Part shown: one piece after another, positions 1-7,941 of the stretch | Position numbering within the stretch: the stretch's first letter is position 1 | Layout of the letters: each line of letters opens with the position of its first letter | Origin: Candidatus Saccharimonadota bacterium | GTDB lineage: Bacteria > Bacteroidota > Bacteroidia > Flavobacteriales > Blattabacteriaceae | DNA: 32,000 nucleotides | Assembly: GCA_029851105.1 (NCBI GenBank) | Contig: CP099822.1 | Span: 1-32,000, forward strand | Reading direction: 5' to 3' | Program-made: the position numbers and the translations under genes | The notes under the pieces: model-generated | Told to the model about the DNA's origin: nothing | The model's input: the letters and a program-made list of their open reading frames with translations, nothing else | Database searches by the model: none

Positions 1-14
1 TAAATTAATTTTTT

Positions 15-3000
15 TTATTCTAAATTAAGATTTAAACATAACCCTTTTAATTCATTTGTTAAAACATTAAAAGATTCAGGAATACCAGGTTCAGGTATTT
101 TTTTACCTTTTACTATAGATTCATATGTTTTAGATCTACCTTTAATATCATCAGATTTTATAGTTAATAATTCTCTTAATATATTAGAAGCACCAAAAGC
201 TTCTAAAGCCCATACTTCCATTTCACCAAATCTTTGACCACCGAATTGTGATTTTCCACCTAATGGTTGTTGAGTAATTAAAGAATATGGTCCTATAGAT
301 CTAGCATGCATTTTATCATCTACCATATGACCTAATTTAAACATATATATAACTCCTATAGTTATTTTATTATCAAATTTTATTCCTGTTTTACCATCAT
401 ATAAAACAGTTTTAGAAAAATTTTTAATATTATTTTTTTTAGAATATTTATATATATTTTTAATATTTTTACCATTAAAAATAGGTGTATAAAAATTTTT
501 TTTTATTTTTAATCCTATTAATCCTAAAATTGATTCTAATACTTGTCCAATATTCATTCTAGAAGGTACACTTAATGGATTTAATATTATATCTATTACA
601 GTACCATCTTTTAAAAAAGGCATATCTTCATCTTTTATTATTTTTGATATAACCCCTTTATTACCATGTCTACCTGACATTTTATCACCTACTTTTATTT
701 TTCTCTTTTTAGCTATATAAATTTTAGCTATTTTAATTATATCATTAGATAAATCATTACCTATTAATATTTTAATTTTTTTTCTTTTATATTTATTTAA
801 TAAATATTTTTTTTTTAAATTTAAATTAATAATTAATTTATTAATTAATTTTAATATTTTTTTATTTTTTATTTTTAAAAAATTAAAAAAATCTTTTTTT
901 TTTTTTTTAAAAAAAAAACTTAAAGATTTAGTTTTTAAATTATTAAAATTAATATTATAATATTTTAAAATTAAAAAAATTTTTTTAAAAAATATTTTAT
1001 ATAATTTTTTTTTTTTAATTTTAATTTTTAAATCTAATTTTTTTATTTTTTTTTTTTTTTTAATTATTTCAGTATTTATAACAGTACCATATAAAGATGA
1101 ATGGGCCCTTAAAGATGAATCTTTAACATTATTATATTTATTACCAAATATTGATTTTAATAATTTTTCTTCTGGTTTTATTATAATATTATCTTTAGGT
1201 ACTATTTTACCTATTAAAATATCTCCAGGTTTTATTTTAGTACCTATTTTAATTAACCCATTTTCATTTATATTTTTAATATCATTTTTATTAATATTAG
1301 GTATATCATTAGTAAATTCTTCTTTACCTAATTTATTATTTCTTATTTCTAATGAATATTCTTCTATATGAATAGAAGTAAAATAATCATCTCTTAAAAT
1401 TCTATTTGAAATTAAAATAGCATCTTCAAAATTATAACCTTTCCAAGACATAAAAGCTACTAATAAATTTTTACCTAATGCTAATTTACCATTTTTAATA
1501 GCAAAACCTTCAGATAAAATTTGATTTTTTTTAATTTTTTGATTTTTATGAACTTTAGGTTTAAAATTTAAACAAGTATTTTGATTAGTTCTTTTAAATT
1601 TACTTAAATAATAAGTATAATATTTTTTATAAAAATTAATATATTTTTTTTTTTTAGAAAAATTATATTTAATAATAATTTTATTAGAATCTACATATTT
1701 AATAATACCATTTTCTTTAGCTTTTATTATATTTCTAGAATAATTAACAATTTTTTTTTCTAATCCAGTACCTACTATTGGAACTTCTAATTTTAATAAA
1801 GGTACAGCTTGTCTCATCATATTAGAACCCATTAATGCTCTATTAGCATCATCATGTTCTAAAAAAGGTATTAATGAAGCTGAAATAGATAATATTTGAT
1901 TATTAGAATAATCAATATAATTTATTTTTTTTTTTTTAATTAAAATAAAATCATTATTGTATCTTACAATAATTTTTTTTTTTTTTTTTAAAAAAAAATT
2001 AAATGAAGCTATTTTTTTATTATATTCTTTATCAGATATTAAATATTTTTTTTTATAATTTTTTTTATTATAATTGATTATTTTATAATAAGGAGTTTCT
2101 AAAAAACCTATATCATTTATTTTAGCAAATAAACATAATGATGATATTAATCCTATATTAGGTCCTTCTGGAGTTTCTATAGGGCATAATCTTCCATAAT
2201 AAGAATAATTTACATCTCTAGCTTCAAAACTAGCTCTTTCTCTAGTTAATCCTCCTGGACCTAATAAAGTTAATCTTCTTTTATGAGTAATTTCAGATAA
2301 TGGATTAGTTTTATCCATAAATTGAGATAATTGATTAGTACCAAAAAAAGTATTAATTATTGAAGTTAATATTTTAGTATTTATTAAATCAATTGGTGAA
2401 TATTTTTTTTTTTTTAAAGTAAATTTTTTTTTTATTTTTTTTGATATTCTTAATATTCCTATATTAAATAAATTAAATAATAATTCACTTATTGTTTTAA
2501 CTTTTTTATTTGATAAACTATCTATTTCATTAGAAATTTTTTTTTTATTTTTAATTAAATTTATTAAATATTTTATTATATAAATAATATCTTTTTTAGT
2601 TATTACCATTAAATTATAAGGTAATTTTAATTTTAATATTTTATTTAATTTATATCTACCTATTCTACCTAAAGAATATTTTTTTTTTGAAAAAAATAAT
2701 TTTTTAATAAATTTTTTAGCTATTTTTATATTGGGAGGTAAAATTTTTTTATATTTTTTATAAAAATAAAAAATAGATTCTTTATAATTTTTAATTTTAT
2801 CTTTTTTAAAAGTATTTTTTAATATATTATATTTTTTATTATTATTTTTAATATAAACATATTTAATATTATTTTTTTTTAAAAAATTAATATTTTTTTT
2901 ATTAAAAATAATATTTTTTTTAAAATCTAATTTTTTATTAATTTTTATTTTAAATAAATTTTTTTTACCTATTATATGTTTTATATTTTTTTTTTTAATT

Positions 3001-3657
3001 TTAATTTTTTTATATAAATTAAAATTTTTCATAATATTTTTATTAGACCTATATCCTATAGCCTTTAAAAATATTGTTAATAAAATCTTTTTTCTTTTGT
3101 CAATATAAACATATATTATATTATTAATATCTATTATAAATTCTAACCAAGAACCTTTACTAGGTATTAATTTTGAATAATATAATTTTATACCACTATA
3201 ATGATAAAAACTATTAAAAAATAACCCAGGTGATCTATATAATTGATAAACAATTACTCTTTCAGAACCATTAAATATAAATGTACCATTAGGAGTAATA
3301 TATGGACAAGTACATAAAAAAACTTTTTGATTTTTTTTTTTTATTTTTTTATTATTATTATAATATAATTTTAATTTAATTTTAATATTAACATTATAAG
3401 TTAATCCATTATCAATACATTCTTTAATAGAATATTTAGGGGGGATCTATATAATAATTAATAAATTTAATTATATAATTTTTTTTTTTATTATAAATAG
3501 GAAAAATATTATTTAATACTTTAAATAATAATTTTTTTTTTTTATTTGTAGTTTTTAAATCTAAAAATTCTTTAAAAGATCTTATTTGTTCTTTTAAAAA
3601 ATCTGGATATTTTATATTATTATTAATATAATTTAAATTAATAGTTTTTTTAAACAT
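15..3657 (-). CDS. rpoB: DNA-directed RNA polymerase beta subunit, interrupted by a +1 frameshift at 3439..3444
   Basis: Hand-joined from 3657..3439 (MFKKT...YPDFLKEQIRSFKEFL...YYIDPP) and 3437..18 (KYSIKECIDNGLTY...GSERVIVYQLYRSPG...GSWLEF...GDKMSGRHGNKG...FGEMEVWALEAFGA...), with TAA at 17..15. The stretch 3033..3446 is stop-free in the frame of the 1005-aa ORF. The joined product is about 1213 aa. The C6 run breaks the frame. Confidence 0.9.
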
Positions 3658-3667
3658 TTAAATTAAT

Positions 3668-4078
3668 TTATTTTATTTCTATAACAGCATCTATTTTTTT
3701 AAATTCTTCTTGTATTTTTTTAGCTTCTTCTATTTTTAATGATTTTTTAATTAAACTAGGCATATTATCTATAAATTTTTTTGATTCAGTTAAACTTAAT
3801 CCAGTAATATTTTTTAAAAGTTTTATAACAGGTAATTTAACAGTACCAACTGATTTTAAATAAATATCTACTATAGATGAAGTAATATTTTTTTCTTTAT
3901 TTAAATTATTATTATTATTATTATCTTTTTTATCTACTAAAATATTATTTTGTTGTTCTAAATTTAAATTATTATTTATTTTTATTTCATATTTTTTTTC
4001 TAAAATATTAGATAATTCATTAATTTCTTTTATATTTAAATTAACTAATATTTTAGCTATATCTTTTATATTTTTCAT
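3668..4078 (-). CDS. rplL: 50S ribosomal protein L7/L12
   Basis: The C-terminal domain VKLPVIKLLKNITGLSLTESKKFID...IEEAKKIQEEFKKIDAVIEIK matches the L7/L12 pattern. The gene sits between rplJ and rpoB. The hinge is replaced by an Asn run. Confidence 0.9.
   Translation of the reverse strand: MKNIKDIAKILVNLNIKEINELSNILEKKYEIKINNNLNLEQQNNILVDKKDNNNNNNLNKEKNITSSIVDIYLKSVGTVKLPVIKLLKNITGLSLTESKKFIDNMPSLIKKSLKIEEAKKIQEEFKKIDAVIEIK
3906..3923 (-). repeat. (AAT)6 trinucleotide repeat encoding the Asn6 hinge of L7/L12
   Basis: The plus strand reads ttattattattattatta. In frame it gives DNNNNNNL. Confidence 0.9.
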
Positions 4079-4082
4079 TTTT

Positions 4083-4631
4083 TTATTTATTTATTTTTTT
4101 TATTTTAATATTTTTTATTATATTATAAATATTAATTTTATTATTTAATAAAATAAAATTAATAAATTTAATAATTTTTATTTTTAAATTTATAATTAAT
4201 TTTAATATTAAATCTTCTTTAGATTTTATATTAGATAAAAAATCTAAATATTTTTCACCATAAAAAAATTCTTTATTTAAAGAAGCTAATTTAAAAAATG
4301 GATAATTTTTTTTTTTAATTAAAATACTATGTTTTTTAATAATATTAATTAATATATTTATATATTTAAAAAATACTAATGTATTATTATTATTTAATAC
4401 TTTAGTAATTTTCTTTAAAATTTTTTTTTTATTATTTAACAATAATGATTTTTTTATTAAATTATTTTTAATATTAAAAATTTTTATATTATGTAAATAA
4501 CATTCTTTTTTAAAGAAAAAAAAAGATTTAGAATCTAATCTAGATATATCTATTATAGAATAATTATTATATTTATTAAAAATTTTATTAAATTTTAATA
4601 AAATTTTTTTCTTTTCTATTTTATTTTTCAT
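4083..4631 (-). CDS. rplJ: 50S ribosomal protein L10 (highly diverged)
   Basis: Syntenic slot between rplA and rplL. Residual L10 blocks remain: IDISRLDSKSFFFFKKEC, NIKIFNIKNNLIKKSL, LSNIKSKEDLILKLI. Confidence 0.75.
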   Translation of the reverse strand: MKNKIEKKKILLKFNKIFNKYNNYSIIDISRLDSKSFFFFKKECYLHNIKIFNIKNNLIKKSLLLNNKKKILKKITKVLNNNNTLVFFKYINILINIIKKHSILIKKKNYPFFKLASLNKEFFYGEKYLDFLSNIKSKEDLILKLIINLKIKIIKFINFILLNNKINIYNIIKNIKIKKINK

Positions 4632-4636
4632 TTTAA

Positions 4637-5308
4637 TTAAATTAACAGTTTTAAACTAGGTCCCATAGTACTAGAAATATATATATTTTTAATTTTTAAA
4701 AAATTATATTTTAATAATATTTTTTTTATTTTTTTTAAAAAAAAATTTAAATTTTTAATTAAAATTTTTTTCTTAAAAGATATTTTACCTATAGTAACAT
4801 TAATAATATTTTTATTAATTTTTAATTCTATTATTTTACTTTTTATTTTTTCTTTTATATATTTATAAGGATTATCACTTATTGTATAATTTTTTTTATT
4901 AGGTATAAGCCCCTTACTACCTAAAATTTTACCTAATTTTAAAATTTTATTCATATAATAATCAGTAGTATATATAATATCAAAATTAGTCCATTTATAT
5001 TTTTCTATTTTTTTTATATAATTAGTACCTCCAATATATTTAATATTTAATTTTTTTATTTTTTTTCTCATATATTTAGGTACTAAAGCTAGTATAATAT
5101 ATTTTTTACCATTACTATAAGGTAATTTTACAAATTCATTAAAAATAAAATCTTTTTTTTTTTTAAAAATTATATTAATATATAAATCTATTGAAGAATC
5201 AAATTTATTATTATTTATTTTTTTAATAATATTAAAAATTTCTTTTTCATTATAAAATTTATTAAAATTATATTTTTTATATAATTTTTCTTTATTTTTT
5301 TTTTTCAT
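4637..5308 (-). CDS. rplA: 50S ribosomal protein L1
   Basis: L1-like blocks FDIIYTTDYYMNKILKLGKILGSKGLIPNKK and VTIGKISFKKKILIKNL. Position between rplK and rplJ. Confidence 0.85.
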   Translation of the reverse strand: MKKKNKEKLYKKYNFNKFYNEKEIFNIIKKINNNKFDSSIDLYINIIFKKKKDFIFNEFVKLPYSNGKKYIILALVPKYMRKKIKKLNIKYIGGTNYIKKIEKYKWTNFDIIYTTDYYMNKILKLGKILGSKGLIPNKKNYTISDNPYKYIKEKIKSKIIELKINKNIINVTIGKISFKKKILIKNLNFFLKKIKKILLKYNFLKIKNIYISSTMGPSLKLLI

Positions 5309-5732
5309 TTTTTATTTTTATACCTATTGATTTTAATGTACCTTTTATCATAGAAATAGCTGATTTAATTTTAAAACAATTTAAATCAGACATTTTATAT
5401 TTAGCTATTTTTTTAATTTCTTTAATATCAATTTCACCTATTTTTTTTTTATTAGGTTCATTAGAACCTTTTTTAATTTTTAATAAATTAAATATTTTAT
5501 CTTTTATAGATTGTTTTTTAATTTCAAAATTAAAACTTTTATCATCATAAATATTAATAATTACAGGAATACTTTTATTCATATATTCTTTATTTTTAGT
5601 TTCTTTATTAAATTTATTACAAAAATCCATTATATTAATACCTATAGAACCTAATGCAGGACCAATAGGAGGTGAAGGATTAGCTAATCCCCCTTTAATT
5701 ATTAATTTAATTGATTTTATTATTTTTTTCAT
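5292..5732 (-). CDS. rplK: 50S ribosomal protein L11
   Basis: The N-terminal KLIIKGGLANPSPPIGPALGSIGINIMDFCNKFN is the conserved L11 signature. It overlaps rplA by 17 nt. Confidence 0.92.
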   Translation of the reverse strand: MKKIIKSIKLIIKGGLANPSPPIGPALGSIGINIMDFCNKFNKETKNKEYMNKSIPVIINIYDDKSFNFEIKKQSIKDKIFNLLKIKKGSNEPNKKKIGEIDIKEIKKIAKYKMSDLNCFKIKSAISMIKGTLKSIGIKIKNEKKK

Positions 5733-6178
5733 TTTTTTTTTTTAATTTGATCAATTTTTATTTTTATAGGTATTATTTTACCTAAAATTAAAATTAATAT
5801 TTCTATTTTTTTTTTTTTTTTATAAATTTTATTTATTTTACCATTTTTATTTTTAAATATACCTTTTTTAATAATAATGGTTTCACCTATATTATATTTT
5901 TTTTTTTTTTTATAATTAATATTTTTTTTTTTATAATAATTATTATTATTAATATTTAATGGTAATTTATTTATTCTTTCATTTAAAAAATAAGATACAC
6001 CTTCTATATTTTTTATAAAAAAAAAAATTTTTTTATTTAAAAAAATTTTAATCATTAAATATCCTAAATAATATTTTTTTTTAATTTTTTTTTTAATTTT
6101 TTTTTCTATTTTATTTATAATTATATCTTCATAATTATTTTTTATTTTTAAAATATACCATTTTTTTTTTTTTAACAT
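5729..6178 (-). CDS. nusG: Transcription termination/antitermination factor NusG (shortened, 149 aa)
   Basis: KKWYILKIK NGN start, YLGYLMIKI (resembling fPGYvlv), and a KOW-like GETIIIKKGIFKNKNGKINKI. Syntenic slot upstream of rplK, with an ATGA overlap. Confidence 0.75.
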   Translation of the reverse strand: MLKKKKWYILKIKNNYEDIIINKIEKKIKKKIKKKYYLGYLMIKIFLNKKIFFFIKNIEGVSYFLNERINKLPLNINNNNYYKKKNINYKKKKKYNIGETIIIKKGIFKNKNGKINKIYKKKKKIEILILILGKIIPIKIKIDQIKKKK

Positions 6179-6257
6179 TATATTATTAATTAATAATTAA
6201 TTTAATATAGTTTTTTTTTAAAAAAAAAATATAAATATAATATTAATTTTAAATTAA

Positions 6258-6329
6258 CACGGATGGTAAGATTTGAACTTACAACCTTCAGTTTTGGAGA
6301 CTGATGCTCTACCATTAAGCTACATCCGT
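6258..6329 (-). tRNA. trnW: tRNA-Trp (anticodon CCA)
   Basis: Hand-folded cloverleaf: acceptor ACGGATG/CATCCGT, anticodon loop CTCCAAA, T-arm GTAAG-TTCAAAT-CTTAC. It is a G+C island in AT-only flanks. No CCA end is encoded. Confidence 0.9.
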
Positions 6330-6377
6330 AATTTTTTTTAAAATTTTTTAAATTATTAATATTAATATTAATATATA

Positions 6378-7556
6378 TTATTTAATAATTTTAATAATTT
6401 TACCAGCACCTACTGTTTTACCGCCTTCTCTAATAGCAAATTTTAATCCTTCATTTAATGCTACAGATTTATTTAATTTTACTTTTATATTTAAATTATC
6501 TCCTGGCATAACCATTTCTATACCTTTATCTAATTTAATAGTCCCTGTTATATCAGTAGTTCTTAAATAAAATTGTGGTTTATATCTATTATAAAAAGGA
6601 GTATGTCTACCACCTTCTTCTTTTTTTAAAATATAAATTTTAGCTTTAAATTCTTTATAAGAATTAAAAGTATTAGGTGTACAAATAATCATACCTCTTT
6701 TAACTTGATTTTTTTCTATACTACGTAATAATAATCCTACATTATCACCCGCTTCACCTTTATCTAAAATTTTTCTAAACATTTCAATACCTGTTACAAT
6801 AGTTTTTATTTTTTTATTCATTCCTATACATTCTACTGAATCACCTGTTTTAATAACCCCAGATTCTATTTTACCAGTACATACAGTACCTCTACCTGTA
6901 ATAGTAAAAATATCTTCTATAGACATTAAAAAAGGTTTATTAATTTCTCTTATAGGATTAGGGATATATTCATCTATTTTATTCATTAATTTATAAATAC
7001 CATCAATATATTTTTTATCACCTTTTAAGGCTTTTAAAGCTGAACCTTTTATAATAGGTACATCTTTATAACCATATGATTCTAATAATTCTTTAGTTTC
7101 TTCTTCTACTAATTCTAATAATTCTTTATCTTTTAATAAATCTATTTTATTTAAAAAAACTAAAATTTTAGGTACTCCTACTTGTTTAGCTAATAATATA
7201 TGTTCTCTAGTTTGAGGCATAGGTCCATCTGTAGCTGCTATAACTAAAATAGCACCATCCATTTGAGCTGCCCCTGTTATCATATTTTTTATATAATCTG
7301 AATGTCCTGGACAATCAATATGTGCATAATGTTTATTTTCAGTTTGATATTCTATATGTGAAGTATTAATAGTAATACCTCTTTCTATTTCTTCAGGAGC
7401 ATTATCAATATTAATAAATTTTTTTTCTTCTGCTAATCCTTTTAAGGATAATGCTTTAGTAATAGCTGCAGTTAAAGTAGTTTTACCATGATCAACATGA
7501 CCTATTGTACCTATATTTAAATGAGGTTTATCACGATTAAATTTTTCTTTTACCAT
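6378..7556 (-). CDS. tuf: Elongation factor Tu
   Basis: [18 protein letters not shown] and NKIDL G-domain motifs. The 392-aa ORF is conserved along its full length. Confidence 0.98.
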   Translation of the reverse strand: MVKEKFNRDKPHLNIGTIGHVDHGKTTLTAAITKALSLKGLAEEKKFINIDNAPEEIERGITINTSHIEYQTENKHYAHIDCPGHSDYIKNMITGAAQMDGAILVIAATDGPMPQTREHILLAKQVGVPKILVFLNKIDLLKDKELLELVEEETKELLESYGYKDVPIIKGSALKALKGDKKYIDGIYKLMNKIDEYIPNPIREINKPFLMSIEDIFTITGRGTVCTGKIESGVIKTGDSVECIGMNKKIKTIVTGIEMFRKILDKGEAGDNVGLLLRSIEKNQVKRGMIICTPNTFNSYKEFKAKIYILKKEEGGRHTPFYNRYKPQFYLRTTDITGTIKLDKGIEMVMPGDNLNIKVKLNKSVALNEGLKFAIREGGKTVGAGKIIKIIK

Positions 7557-7576
7557 ATATTTTTTTTTAAAAATAA

Positions 7577-7649
7577 AGCGAGAAACGGGATTTGAACCCG
7601 TAATCTTCAGCTTGGAAGGCTGGTATTCTACCTATTGAACTATTCTCGC
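7577..7649 (-). tRNA. trnG: tRNA-Gly (anticodon UCC)
   Basis: Acceptor GCGAGAA/TTCTCGC, anticodon loop CTTCCAA, T-arm ACGGG-TTCAAAT-CCCGT; 73 nt. Confidence 0.9.
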
Positions 7650-7677
7650 AGTTTAATTTAAAAATAAAATTTTTAAA

Positions 7678-7761
7678 TGGGGAGAGTAGGATTTGAACCT
7701 ACGAAGATTATTAATCAACAGATTTACAGTCTGTCCTCGTTAACCACTTGAGTATCTCCCC
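7678..7761 (-). tRNA. trnY: tRNA-Tyr (anticodon GUA), long variable arm
   Basis: Acceptor GGGGAGA/TCTCCCC, anticodon loop containing GTA (ACTGTAAAT), T-arm TAGG-TTCAAAT-CCTA; 84 nt. Confidence 0.9.
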
Positions 7762-7823
7762 TTATTATATTTAATTTTAATTTAAAAAATTAATATTTTT
7801 TAAATAAAATAATTAATAAATAA

Positions 7824-7896
7824 AGCCGATGGAGGGATTTGAACCCCCGACAACGAGATTACAAATCACGTGCTCTACCTTCTGAGCTACATCGGC
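7824..7896 (-). tRNA. trnT: tRNA-Thr (anticodon UGU)
   Basis: Acceptor GCCGATG/CATCGGC, anticodon loop TTTGTAA, T-arm GGGGG-TTCAAAT-CCCTC; 73 nt. Confidence 0.9.
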
Positions 7897-7915
7897 AATA
7901 TAATATATATTATAT

Positions 7916-7930
7916 TATATATATATATAT
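7916..7930. repeat. (TA)7 dinucleotide run in the G/C-free divergent spacer between tRNA-Thr and leuS
   Basis: Read directly: tatatatatatatat. Confidence 0.9.
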
Positions 7931-7941
7931 TTTTAAAAAAA

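Noticed and set aside
700-1080. A ~110-aa K/I/F/N-rich block in RpoB (IIKKKKKIKKLDLKIKIKKKK...KRKKIKILIGNDL) as a foreign insertion
   Set aside because: It occupies the lineage-variable region that precedes the GDKMAGRHGNKG motif in all RpoB proteins. It is most simply that region driven to low complexity by AT bias.
6211-6229. T9-A10 inverted homopolymer between tRNA-Trp and nusG as a hairpin, terminator or regulatory element
   Set aside because: An A/T-only hairpin without a loop would be very weak. Such T-run/A-run junctions are expected by chance at this base composition.
7870-7941. First 24 codons of the leuS track ORF (MLYLLSYIGNIIYIILYIYIFLKK)
   Set aside because: It overlaps tRNA-Thr (7824..7896) on the opposite strand and has no counterpart in LeuRS. 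The conserved N-terminus starts at ATG 7942.
7897-7941. Possible replication origin at the strand switch (all genes to the left on the minus strand, most to the right on the plus strand), with a (TA)7 run
   Set aside because: I found no DnaA-box-like sequence (TTATCCACA or its complement) anywhere in the window. The spacer is only 45 nt. I cannot compute GC skew reliably by eye. It is more simply a divergent promoter spacer.
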